Shown: positions 26,201-38,994 of the stretch, in pieces
How positions within the stretch are numbered: position 1 is the first letter of the stretch
How the letters are laid out: every line of letters starts with the position of its first letter
Assembly (NCBI RefSeq): GCF_964194025.1
Contig: NC_134479.1
Span: 30,628,001-30,692,000, forward strand
DNA: 64,000 nucleotides
Direction of reading: 5' to 3'
From: Convolutriloba macropyga
Lineage: Eukaryota
Made by a program: the position numbers and the translations under genes
Notes under the pieces: model-generated
Database searches by the model: none
What the model was told of the DNA's origin: nothing
What the model saw: the letters and a program-made list of their open reading frames with translations, nothing else

Positions 26201-26929
26201 AGATGTGTTTGGGACTTAAAAAAATGGTTAACCCACTTTAGCCTTGCTGTTGCCGTTCGTCAATTAGAAACACGTACTAAAACACAGGATAGTTTTCCTT
26301 GAGATTCCATAGGAAGTCAATCGAACCTATCATCTGAACCGCTTGATTTTTTTCTTCTTTTCATTATTTAACGCAAGAAAAAGAAAAAAAATACGGAAAC
26401 AATTAATCAAATCATCGATTGAATACAATGCAATTTTTTGGCCTTTAAGAGGCAACGATTGGACAGAAAGCAGCCATGCTATTGATGTTCGTATATTAGG
26501 AACACTTAATTGTTCCGAACATAATCGCCATGGATAAATTCACAAAATTAACAATATTTGGAGAATGACTGATGCAACTTGCATAATTATGAAGTTAAAT
26601 TACTAAATAACCGGCAAAGATTGAATTCAAGAACATTCTCAAAGGATCCACACTAAAAAAACTAGCTACCTTTGGAGTAGAAGAAGCTTCTGCCAGCAGT
26701 TTTGAGGACTGTTAATCCCATAAATATAAACAAGAAGCACTAGAGAATCTTATTTCGAGCCATTGTTGAAGACATAACTAGAAAAATTTTAACAACTTAG
26801 CAGCATATTTAGCCAAAAAGTTGGATCAAACAATGCTTTGTTTTGAGAGGTAAAACCTACAAAGCTATTGTTGTCAATTTTAAAATAATTTTTAACAAAA
26901 TTGGCAAAAAAATGCGTAAAAATACAGAA

Positions 26930-27173
26930 AATGTGAACAATAAGACCGAAAAGGTTTCAAATGTTCACAAAAATTCAGACCGTGATAACTCTGTGGAAAA
27001 ATGGAATTGTAAAAAAAAAACAAATTTAGTCGTATATTCTACGCTGGACAGACTTTCTAAGGATACCATTCACAATACCATTCTACGGTAATTATATCGT
27101 TGACCAAAATTGACTGAACAAAAAAACCGTTTGAGCATATAGTTCCTCCCACGCGAAAAAGGGTCGGAACAAT
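26930..27173 (+). repeat. Second copy of the 23020-23253 repeat
   Basis: ATTCTACGC.GGA, CCAAAATTGACTGAACAAAAAAACCGTTTGAG and GGGTCGGAACAAT are shared. Confidence 0.65.
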
Positions 27174-27851
27174 ACAAACATTGAACTAGCAAATTGAGAC
27201 AGGAAAAAACTTAAATTGATAATGATTGCTAATAAAAAACGATGAATTTTTTTAGGCTCTGTTTAGCAGCTTTCTGATCTTTTTTGTGACATTTTATTTT
27301 TGTAAATTGAATTTTCAGCAATAGATATTTTTGTTATGATCCATTGTTGTTGTTGTCGTTGAAGCATAGATTGCAAATTTGGTGCAAAGGTGATCGATTT
27401 TTTAGAGCGTTACCTTTTTTATTCCTTTTTATTTGCGCTTTTCTGCTTTCTGTTAGAGCAATCAAGATTTCAGCTTATATTTAAATTTCATAGAATTACA
27501 AATGGTCTAAATGTTAAAATACAATTGATCTAAGAATAATTTTAGTTCAAGAGGGTTTGACACATTTTTCTTAAAGAGTTTTAATTTTAGATTTTTTTCG
27601 TTGTTGTATGTTCAATTTCTGGTTCAGATTTTTTTAACTCTTAAAAAAATTAACCATGTGCAGAGCAGAAATTGAAATTTTATAAGGCATTGTCAAAAAT
27701 TTCGGTCCAATTTTATTCGTTTCTATGTAAATACTTGACAATTATTTAATTAGTTTGTCTTTTCCTCCTTTTCCTCTGGAGTTCTTTATTGTTAGTTAAT
27801 GTGGTAAATGTTCATTAGGTGCTAAACAATAAATATCTTAAGAAATGGCTC

Positions 27852-28286
27852 GGATCTTTTCAACAATTGCCCCCCCTTTTGCAAAAAGGAGGGCTATTCT
27901 TGAATAGAATTTAAGCGAGCGATTTATTAACCAATCAGAGACGACTAACAACTTTCCACGTATGCGCATACTATGTTAAACTGAATAGAGTAAAATACGC
28001 CATGCTATGCCAATTAGCCGAATTGAAATACAAAGCGAATAGAATTTCCGACTGGCGGGTCGGTGGGCGCGCTTCGCGGCTTCGCCGCGACAACCGACCC
28101 GCGATTTCCGGATTACATCCCACAGTGCGTGAGAGGCATGGCCGTGAACAGCGGTCCGCAATTGCGCTGAAACCATTTTTTGGCTATCTAAACTGTAGGC
28201 CAACTAATATTGTGGTAAAGTATAGCACAGAAGGGGAGGCGATTCTCTACTAGGTACCAAAGGGGGGGCAATTGTTGAATAGATCC
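27852..28286. mobile_element. MITE, 435 bp, 28-bp TIRs, 8-bp TSD (Merlin-like; hAT/P not excluded)
   Basis: TIR GGATCTWTTCAACAATTGCCCCCCCTTT (1 mismatch); flanks AATGGCTC / AATGGCTT. Confidence 0.88.
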
Positions 28287-31200
28287 AATGGCTTTTTTGA
28301 TTTTCTTAGTTTTCTTTTGGAATGAATACAACTATTAGATATATATCTGAATAACAAATCTAAGGAGAAAACTCTTCCATTTTTGACATCTTAAGGAAAA
28401 CGCGGCTTAATGTGATTTGTGTTACGTAGTAAATGGACTAATTATTAGCCAATCAGAATTGATCATTTATATTCGAATTTAAATGCGTACAGAAATTGTT
28501 CTAAATTAATAAAACATTCTAATATATGTAGAAAGTTCCGAAAAAGTTCATTTAACCTAATTCTAAGTAAATATAACGCTATATGTATCGATTAAGCTGG
28601 TTTTCGGCTTAATATTTTTAGGTTATCTAGACAATTGTTTATGAAAGTTTATTTTCAAGTTAGTGTCATCAGTTTGTATGGTCAGTGTTCTGAATCAAGT
28701 CACTTTTTGAGTTCTTCCGGCTACATTTTCAATTTTTTTATGCCAAATCTTTTATTAGTTTTGTTCGCTCATGTTTAAAAAGAAATACATAACTTTGAAA
28801 TGCATGTCAAATTTATTAATTGGTTGAATGGTGCTGAAAATGACACAAGATATCCGCTGACAATTCATGGTTTCCCAATATCTCTTCAAAAAAGAAAATA
28901 GCAACATATTGAACCACTTTTCTGTATGGTTGAACAAACACAGCGAGACATAAGTATTAACTACACATCATATTCAAATGGACATTTGCATTTGCGTTCT
29001 CTTCTGTCTCAAAGATATTAATTTCAGCAACAAGTAATTTTTTAAATAAATTTATAGCAATTAAAAAATTTATGCTCAATTATCTTTTTATTTCTCTCAA
29101 TTTTTTCTACCTCGACAGTCTAGAGTAAAAATTTAACTGACTGAATCTGGTTGAAATGAGTTTTAAAAGCAGAAGTCGCCGGTCTTCAAAACCCGAAATG
29201 TGAGTACATAATTTTTTCAGATTGTGATTTAATAGATTATCCCATTTCTAGATAGAGCTATTAATTCTTGGTCTAGTCAATCTCTCATCTTGCGATACTC
29301 CAAAACCGAATCTCCATGCAGTTATACTTTCAATTTCAAAAATAAACATGCTTCGTCTCAAAAAAATTAAAGAACTATATAGCAGGCTATCAGTTTTCTG
29401 TTGGCGCATGTATATGCACTTCTTCAAGGCTAAGACATAAAACGGCTAAAAATATGCTTTGATCTTTTCATAAAATCAGATGCACTACCTGCGCAGCTTT
29501 CAATAACAACAAGGATTATTCATTACTGCAATCATTAAAATTGATATTTTCTGGCATCACCATTCAAAGCAAAATTTTTTTCTGAATAAAAAGCTCAAGA
29601 TGACAGTCGAACTGAACCGTTAATGTTACTGGAACCAAACAAAACTTCATCACGGAAAATTTTTCTAAAAAATTGATAGGAGACTCCAAAAGAAATAAGA
29701 TAATCAAAATTTAATTACGGTGAACTTCAGAAAAAATATCTACTTAAATTTAAAATTATTGTTTTAGAATTAAATATTTTGGGGCTTAAAATTAATTTTT
29801 AGTTCAAAAAACTAGAAGATTATTTAGGTTTGATTTCAAATGTTTATTAACTATTTTTAGATTTTTATTTGGCTTAACTAGTAAAATTTAACTCAGGGGC
29901 TATAAAATAATTTTATCTAATCAAAACAACTAACAAATTAACTGATTTCCTTAGTGTGATGGTATGTATAACTGTATGATCTGAGGTGTCACAGTTAACG
30001 TCAAATTTGCCCATTTACCTCATTCAATTGAGTCGTTTACTTGTCCTGTTCTCATTACTGAAATTGTAACGTTTATTTTCCAAAAAAGAGGATATCACCG
30101 CATCGGTGGCAATGTTCATAAATTTTGATCTAGTTTTGCCGTTTTTTTTTTCAACTCTTAAAAAAATGTTAACGGTTCCCTCTTGTGAGTATCAGAAATT
30201 CTGGCAGTTAATTAGTTATCAAATGATTTAAAGCAATGCAACTAATTGTTAAAAAAATGCAATAATTTAACTGCAATTGGATCCTTTAACCGTCCGTTTC
30301 GAGTTCATCACGCTCAATTTTTTGAAGAAAACTTTCCTCATTGACAGACATGTTTTTCCATCAACAAATCTGTTGAATTTTGATAGAATCTTCAGAGTTT
30401 AATGACAAAAAAAATATTAAGACCGTTGTCAGGTTTCTAAACAGTCGTGAAACGCAGTGCTTGAAAAATATTATATCTTTTTACAATTGTGATCTTTCAT
30501 GTCATTCAAGATTATCTATTCGATTTTTTGTTTGAATTGTTGAAAATGATCAGAGTCGAACTGAAAAGTCAAGCTCGATGCTTTTTATTAACATGTAAAA
30601 GTTAATTGTTGATTTTGATTCCATAAATGTAACTGATGACTATTTAATACATGTATATTGACCAAGTTCTTTGTAGCAAAAATTGTGAGCATGTGAAAAG
30701 CTATAGTTTATTTACTATCAAATTCCTCTATTCAAAAACTGGAAAATAAGTTTGCCGTTTAAGAGCAGAAACAGTTATTTTGACGTATTTCTTATCGCCA
30801 AAAAGTGTGTTACAAAGCTGTTGAGTGCAAAAATTGACCGTAATAGAAGAATGACTAGAATTGTCGGTTTTTGTCGGAGCAATTTTTCTGACTCCATTAG
30901 TGGCTGAGGAATTTATTAACACAAAGTTCTGTTTTAAACTGAAAGTCGATTGAGCTTTAAAATCAACACCATTTCACAGAAGGAAACGAGTTTTTGGATT
31001 CGCCGATTTTATGTGTTTTGATTGTGTTTTGTGTGACTTAGATTCAGAGAACGAACGAAGGTATGTTCTAGGTTTTCACCCTCAAGCAAAAACTGGCCAA
31101 AATTTTTCGGTGAACTCTATTCTCGGTGGATTTTAAAAGCACGTCTTACATAAATTCAACACTTGGCAGCAAATTAGGTCGTTCATTATGTTAGATTTTT

Positions 31201-33960
31201 TCGATCAATATTTTCTAAGTGGTTGTTAGTGCGTCTCTTATATCAGTTCAGCAGTCTTCTGCACCTACGTCAAAAAGTTTTCATACTTTTATTATGGAAC
31301 TTTCATTCATTCAATGCCTACCTTAAATAGTTTCCCCTACATTCCCCTCACAATTTTCACGCCTTCAGAATAATTCTTACAAACAATCACCCTCCCCCCC
31401 CCCCCCCCCAGCTCAGTCTCCAGCACCTATTTCTAGGAAAATTTCTAGGGCAATCTTTTGGCAATCATTCAACTGTCCGCAACATAGGCGTCATTTTGGC
31501 TTTTATTGCACTATAAAAGCGTGTTTGGTTTTACAATATGTTTTTCACCATGCTTTTCACAAAAATAAAATCTCTGGGGAAATTCTGCTAAAACTTATGA
31601 CATCAAATCTGAGTTTCCACACTTTCAACATTTCTCTTACATAATTTCTACGCTTTCAGCTCATTTCTTACTTAATTTGCATACTGTTAACACATTTCCC
31701 ACAAAACTTTCTATTGTTTTGGAAGAAAAGAGAAAATGGTTCTCAAGGTATGTGAAAACCAATAAAAAGACGCACAAACTGAGTTCTTGAATGATTCAAT
31801 ATGTTATAATTGAAAACCACGATATAACGGCAAGAGATCTTAACAGAAAGACAAAAAAAGTAGAATGAAAAGAAAAATCCGCAATAAACTCAGAACATGC
31901 ATTTAATTTTATGAGGAGAATCTGCAACTGAAGCTCTCTATTTTTCATTAATGAATCTGTTGAACTTATGAAACTATATACAACCTGTCATTAATAGTTC
32001 CAAGATGACTCAAAAACTATAAACAAGAATAGATCTAAAAAACTCTAATTCTATTTTCAAATAAAATAAATTCCCATTTTCCAAGCTCTTAGTAACCCAT
32101 TAACTGATTCGCCAAATTATTCAAAATAATCAATGAGTTTGAATAAGTTCTTCATCTGTGAATAGCTGTGAAGAGAGAATGAAAAAAAGCAACTCAAAAA
32201 TTTTCAACAAAATGAGTTTTTTTCACGCGCTTTCAAAAAACTAAGGCTTCTTGTTCTATCAAACTTTGACCGTAAATCAGGTTCTAAGTCTTACAGGACT
32301 TCAAAAATATTAATAATGTGTGACCTGATCCATAAGAAAGACCACGCTCGAATAAAATCCAATCGGAACGCATAAACAAATGCGTGTTAGCAGCAGACTG
32401 ATTGCACAGATTGAGCCACTCATAGCATCCTTTTTAGTGTTTGAGCAATAAAGGAAAAAGATAAAATAATCTTTCTCAAACAAGATATGATCAAATTGAG
32501 GATTTTTTCATAAAGTGAAGTAATTTTGGGTCTTCTTATTTCCATATCCCATTATTTCAAAAGAGTGTTTAATTTACAACCAGTATTGTTCTTTTTTTCT
32601 CCCATCTCTTTTGTTTGTCGGCCAAGCTAAGTCTGCAGAACAAAACTTTTCTTATTTCTTGAATTTTGTGGTTTGTTATTTTTGTACTAAGTTCCGTTGT
32701 TTTTCCTTAAAAATTCATAAAATATTAACAAACTATAAAAGTTTCAAATGATTTTTTTATCCGTGTTTTTAAAGTCACAATTATATAAAATATTTGTGAC
32801 TTTGAAACCCGACAGATATTCGATACGAAGAAAAATTGGCTGAACTTTAGCACTTGTACTTTAATGAGCCCCCACATACCCATTCCCCCAGGAAATTGGG
32901 CGCAACTTTGTTTAGTTCTCTCTTTGAAATGTTTTAAAATTTGAAAAAAAAAGTTTTAAAATCAGCACAAGATTTCAAGTAAATGGCATTAATACAAAGA
33001 TTAATTCTGTAATATGTGTTAAACGACCAACTAAAATGGTCTGAACCTCTACTGCATGAAAAGATGTCAAATAACATAGCCGTATTTTTTTCTCAGACAG
33101 TTTTTTTTATCAGAACTCAGTGATTCTTATCATAAAAAGTGCAATGGAGTGATTTGTTGGAATTTATGAAAAAGATTCACCTTGACTTTTACTAGAGTCG
33201 GCGAGAAAGAAGTTTCAATCAAATTGAGAATACAAAACCATCCGTTTAAGATCACGTTAACACAGTAACGCAACAAAGACTGAGAATAAAAATTTTGTCC
33301 AAAAGAGTTTTTGTGTGCAAAGTAAAGCACTCAAATTGTTATGAAAGTTATTTGGCTCCAGGCATAAAGTATTATTTTCTTTTGGCAGATTTTTGTGCAA
33401 TTTATACATTTCATGAAAAAAATTTTATTGCTTGATTAAAAGTAGAAACTTTTGCATTTCTAACACCTACCATTCGAACACTTTGTGTCTTTTCTAAAAA
33501 TTACAAAAGATGAATCTTTCTTCTCTATATAAACAAATATCAAAATATAACAGCAAATTTGGTACTATTTCCTATGTAAAATAGTAAAAAGAAATGTCCT
33601 AGCTATTGGTCGAGTTCCTTAAACAAAAATAAAATCACTTGCCTCAGCACTGGTCAGTGATTTGCAATTGGAGTACACAACAAATTTTAACTTGAAGTTT
33701 TTGAATTTTGCATGACTTTCCCATCGGAGACTTTTCTGATTAAAACGGCATATGATTTTTTTTCGATAAGTCAATAAATGAAACGACTCTAATTCGAACA
33801 GACAATGTAAAAATTTAAAGTTTTAAATGAGTTTACAGGTGTTTTCTGTTGAAAAAAAAGAGAGCCCTGGGTTGCAAACTGTTTAGCCAGCTCTTGTTTT
33901 GTAATATTTTGCTATTTGGCTTAGCTACATAGATTTTATTTTGAAAATTGATTTAAAGCA

Positions 33961-34076
33961 TACCCTATAGGAGCTCTTCTTACCAACGTAAGTGTCCTAT
34001 AGGGAAGATTATTTATTTCTGCGCGCGAGTTAGACGTGCCTACCTCTAAGGGACTAACTGAGTCGGGAAAACATTG
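33961..34076 (+). ncRNA. Candidate structured RNA with H/ACA-snoRNA-like layout
   Basis: Hairpin (CCCTATAGGA/TCCTATAGGG plus CTTAC/GTAAG), AGATTA (ANANNA) at 34006, second hairpin (TTTCTG/CGGGAA plus AGTTAG/CTAACT), ACA at 34071. Confidence 0.3.
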
Positions 34077-34587
34077 AATGCAGACCTCAGTTGCAACAAA
34101 TATACAAATAATAGCCACAAGCCATACAAAATTATTTGAAAACATTATGAAAATAAATTGTTACTCTTTTTAATGTCTTTTTTGGAAAATGAATATACTA
34201 TGAAATCAACTTAACCAGAACAAAAATAAAGCAGCCCAGAAACCGCACACTCCAAACACGAATTTTTAACTAGGACGTTGCTTGATGTCTTGAAATAAGC
34301 GATTATGAATATACTTAAGATAGCTAGGAAAATGACAAGCAAGTTTTTTCTTTCAATGTTTATTAATTCAACCTACTACTCTCGTCAAAAAAAACTCTGG
34401 TCGAACAAACTTACTGATTTTTGTTCGGAGTCGTATTTATTCTCTGAATAGTTTGACTACCAGTGTTTGCGAAATTAATATCTTGGAGGTGATCAATTCA
34501 GAAGGAGTCACGCATGTTTGGGCAAACACCAAATGTTGTACGTTTTTTTTCTCTGATTTTTTTCTTTTCAATTTTTTTATAAACTAA

Positions 34588-34732
34588 ATAAAGGTAAGTT
34601 AAATTTAACTTAACGGAGTTAAGGTAAACTGTTTTTAAGGTAACGTTAAGATACCGTTTACCTTAACTTTATTTAATTTGAGTAAAGGTAAATATTTACT
34701 TCAACCTTGTTACGGTAAAATTACCTTAAATT
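34588..34732. repeat. AT-rich AAGGTAA/TTACCTT foldback repeat
   Basis: About six AAGGTAA/TTACCTT motifs in alternating orientation. Confidence 0.6.
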
Positions 34733-35223
34733 GTCTTATTATTTGCTGTAACGTTCTGCAGTCCATAAGTGCAAATTTTTAGTAACATTAACAAACAAAA
34801 TGCTGATGCTCGCTTTAAACAAGTTTATCTGGAGGAAAGAGAAATCTAATGATGCTTAAGAATGCGAAGTCAAAACTGTGTTCTGCAAAAGTCTATAAAA
34901 AATTTCTGTTTTCTGTTTTTCCTATCTGCCTATAGACAAGCAACGCCTTGATAAGTGAGCTCTGGCAGGTTCTTCTGATAAAAGAGGGATGTGGCGTGAT
35001 CTTTTTGCGGCTACCACCTCTGGTTAAATTTAATTAAAAGTAGATAATGAGAATGTAATCTGCCGTTCCTCTTTTGTTGTTCCTTTTTGACCAAAAAGGA
35101 ACTTTTCTGTTTCAAAGTGCTGTTGATTTCTTCATTATAGTAATTTTCTTCATTAATAATAATTTTTTAGTAATTATAGAATGATGAGGCAAAATTCGAA
35201 TTTGATTTCGAGTCGTTGCCGAA

Positions 35224-35411
35224 ATATATTTCAGTTTAATAAACACAGCCCGCCCGGGTCGAAATCAAATGGTTATCTTGCAAGACTCTGGCAGAAATCT
35301 TGCAAAAAATATGCATATTCTTGCACAATTTTGGCAGAATCCGGCAGAATCTTATAAGATAACCATTTGAATTCGACCCGGGCGGGCTATGTTTGTTAAA
35401 CTGAAATATAT
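35224..35411. mobile_element. Palindromic MITE (188 bp, ~62-bp arms)
   Basis: Arms ATATATTTCAGTTTAAYAAACAYAGCCCGCCCGGGTCGAAWTCAAATGGTTATCTTRYAAGA are near-perfect reverse complements; TCTTGCA motifs inside. Confidence 0.85.
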
Positions 35412-36976
35412 GTTGACACATAAAGAGCAGCTTTCTGTTTTTTGTCAAGCAAGTTCTTACTTGACATCCAAAATTTAACTAGGGTGCTAAAATTTGCTCA
35501 GCATTTTGAACGTGAATCAGCTCTTTCTACGGTTCTAGCTATCATTAAACGTATGTTCAATTTCTGCTGGTGACACATTCTGCATACTTCAGTTGCATTG
35601 TACGCTTTTGCATTGCTTAAGTTTGAGCTGGCTAACTTAGCGTTTTATTGTTGAGCAAAACTGCTGTTGCGTTTCACATTGAGTTATTACTGAAAGCTAC
35701 AACAATAGTTGTTTCGCATTCATATATATTTCAGCAGAAACGAAACGAGAATTATTAACCACGCTCTGAATTTATAACACGTTCGTTATAGTTTGAGCAG
35801 TAATCGCTGTGTAGAACAATTTTACATTGGCTATCATAAGATATTAAGTCATATAACTTCATTTGGTTATAGTAGCATTATTGACCTTGTATTATAACTC
35901 TATCGCTGGTAGTGTAACTGTAGGTATAATCATCATTGCGTTTGAGATAGTATTCATCTTGTTTAACTCAAAGCCTGACGAAAATTTGAAATCGTACCAA
36001 ATAATTAGTGGGTCGAATTTCGGTATATTTAACGTTGAATATTAGTTTTGGGTGAAATAACTTGTAAACTAACTTTCGAGATTTCAGAAGGTTATTATTG
36101 GCTATAATTGGTGTATACTTAGTTTTTATATTATCACCGGTTGTTTATCTGCAAAGTGCATCTGATCACTAATCAATTGTAAAAAGGTAAATCCACGACT
36201 TTTTATTTCTGCCTCTGTCAGGATACCAGATTTCATAAAAACAACCCAAAAAGTGACGATATCGACCAAAACTAATTTCCTTAAATTTTTGGGTCTTTTC
36301 TGTTTTTATAAAATGCCAACAATAGGCTATAACATGTGTAAGTAGGTGGGGGGGGGGGGGGGGGGGGGTCGAGTGCAAATGGACGTGGCGTGTTCAGATT
36401 TGGCTCAGCACAGGTTCTTCATGAATCAAATTTCAAATTTTAGGCGACTCAGAAAACATAGAAGTAACATCTCATAAGATTAACACTTGCCTGGTAAGTA
36501 TGCGAGCAATTTTAAAAAGCTGAACTGGTTTGAACAAGATCAACATATCGAATGAAGTAAGAAACGAAACTAAAATCTCACGTCGAAGGACGATAACAAA
36601 GTTGATGTTTTTATTTTTGTACCCCCCCCCCCCCCCAAGAAATAATTGTGCAAATAAATTTCAAATTTCAATCACGGATCTCTAAAATTGTCGGTCATAT
36701 GTCAAAAATATTACTTTTTGAGAAATTTGCTCAAAATCTTGCTTTCTTTATGAGTTTGAAAGTTCAATTCTTTTCCTCAAACAGATGCAACTGTTTTTCA
36801 TGCTCAATACTTTCTGCGTTATATTAGAAACTCTCAAAGATTTTTAAAAAAATGGGGCTCGACTTGAATCACCTTGAAGAATTTTGTCCAAACAGATGGA
36901 CATACTGCGAGATTTTACGATGACTTATTAATAAGTATGTTGTCAACGTATATTTGTGCAGCTGTGAGAAGAAAAA

Positions 36977-37315
36977 AATAATAATAATAATTGTGGTTTC
37001 TGCGTAATCGCAGTGGAACAGCATTAGGTTACAGTAGCCTGTTCTCAGCTGCCTTTTTTCTTATTATTCCCCACATTTCAGACTATTCTTTTTATAAGCA
37101 GCATTGCTCTTTTTTGGTGACTTTAGCCACTTTTTTTGCGTCTGAAACTTTCACGTGGTACCATCATTGTAGCCAACATTGGTCAGGCTATGATCAACTT
37201 GAAGCTATGGTTAAGTAAGAGCTCATCCTTACACAGACAGCTTCTGGGAGGCAGGGTATTGAACTCTCAATCATTGGTATGTGAACCACACACCTTACCT
37301 CTCGGCTATCACGCC
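36977..37315 (-). mobile_element. Full-length tRNA-derived SINE (~340 bp)
   Basis: Minus strand begins GGCGTGATAGCCGAGAGGTAAGG (A box) ... GAGTTCAATACC (B box); body matches 1-203; ends in (TTA)n. Confidence 0.8.
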
Positions 37316-37386
37316 ACAAAAAAAAATATGGAAACAAGTTTATGAATGTCAGAAGTGTTCGCTAAAACAAAACCAAGAAAACTGAG

Positions 37387-37765
37387 CGATCCTCTTGAAA
37401 GATTGTCTCCTTAAGGGTAATAGGCCCGTCGCAAAAAGGGCATGTTCTTAGATTGAATTTAAGCGAGCCGTTTATTAATCAATCGAAGAGGATTAATAGT
37501 TTTCCGCTAATGCACATAAGGTGTTACTAGGCTCATGCACATAAGCTATGTACTAAGTTTCTAACTAGAGGGTCGCGAGCCTATGATTCCGAATTGCATC
37601 TCACAGTACGTGAGAAGCATGGCCGTAGACAGCGGTTTGCAACCGCGCTTAAACTAATATTAGACTATCTAAACTGTTGGCAAAGTAATTTAGTCGTAAT
37701 GCAAATATAACACATTAAAAGGAGTTGGCTACTAGGTACCAAAGGGGGCGGGGTTGTTGTGTTAG
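37387..37765. mobile_element. Older, eroded copy of the 27852-28286 MITE family
   Basis: Shared GAATTTAAGCGAGC, CACAGTRCGTGAGARGCATGGCCGT, CTATCTAAACTGT, CTACTAGGTACCAAAGGGGG. Confidence 0.8.
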
Positions 37766-38734
37766 GAAAGAAAGCATAAAAATTAAGAAATGGTAACAGA
37801 AGGAATAAAAAATAATGGTTAAAGCATCGGCCACCGAATTTTTTTCTTGTATACACAAAATTTTATTCAAAAAATTTGATTCAGAAACTGATTAAAATAA
37901 ACAACAATGAGCAAATCCAACCAATCTGTGAAACTCCTGGGAGTCATTCACTTAGATTTTGCAAAAAAAGCAAGAAACGAAAATTTCTGTTTTTTTCTTT
38001 TTCAATGAATGATTTAATATGAAGCAAACATTAACATGTTTCTACCAGGATAATCGAATGCCAAAAGTTATGATAAAAATGAGGATGCTAAACGGAATCA
38101 GAGATCCGAAACGCAAAATCTTTATTAAAAAAATTTTGAAAGAGCTGTATTTATGAGACGGAATTATCTGCAGTAAACAATTGCAACTAGGACCCGATTT
38201 TTGTTCAAAAAAAACTGTTTTTGTTCAATTTTTTGATGATCAATAGAAATTGATGCAACCAAATAAGACTATACTAAATTGTCAGAACTATAATATCGTC
38301 CGAAATGAAATCATAATCTGAATGCGAAATGCAATTGAATGGACTTTTTTATATTCAATATGAAATCACAGAACAAATTTTGTTCTGATAATTTTAAGTC
38401 ACATTGCTTAATGTGCTCTTGAAATTGTTTTGTTCTTCTTTAATGCATCCCGTTGTGCACAGCAATTTTTGCTTGGTATTAATCCGAATTGCTTTGCAAT
38501 AAATATCTGTGGCAAAATAAAACATATTTCAGTGAAAGCAGTTTTGGTAAATAAACCGAAGTAAACAAACAAAACAAAATTGTGGTCTTTTTTCTTCAAT
38601 ACTAAAAAATTGTTTAGGTAAATTTTCAAAGGATAATTATTTCCAGTAAGTATTTATATTTCAGGAGAGCAAAATTATTTCAGAAAAAGAACCTTAAAAC
38701 ACGCAACTTGCAAGTTTGAAATTGAAAAAATTTC

Positions 38735-38751
38735 ATGGAAGACAATTTCGG
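38735..38751 (+). CDS. Possible upstream coding part of exon 1 of V-ATPase subunit G (MEDNFG)
   Basis: ATG GAA GAC AAT TTC GG|gtatgt splices in frame to tttcag|G ATG at 38922. Confidence 0.45.
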
Positions 38752-38922
38752 GTATGTATATAGGAACTTAGCGCATGTATATAGGAGCTTCTGTCATTTT
38801 AAGTTCTGCCACTGGAGACTTTTGGCATTTTATAACTTGTACGTGTGTTTTAAGCTAATTTTCTTGTTACGCTTCAAATTTTGAAAGATTACAGATTTGA
38901 TATTGGTTGTTTAAATTTCAGG

Positions 38923-38994
38923 ATGGCCGATTCACCAGCTGGAGGGGTGGGAACAATCACTGCACTTCTCAAGGCAGAGAAAGAAGCTAAACAG
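38923..38994 (+). CDS. ATP6V1G: V-ATPase subunit G coding exon A
   Basis: tttcag|G ATG ... CAG|gtaatt; MADSPAGGVGTITALLKAEKEAKQ. Confidence 0.88.

Noticed and set aside
29150-31760. Scattered splice-like mini exons (e.g. 31042-31060, 31735-31747)
   Set aside because: Could not be joined into a coherent reading frame; such signals are common by chance.
31394-36636. Poly-C/poly-G homopolymers (31394, 36348, 36622)
   Set aside because: Isolated simple tracts with no supporting context.
37245-37315. tRNA gene on the minus strand
   Set aside because: No proper cloverleaf or terminator; it continues into a SINE body.
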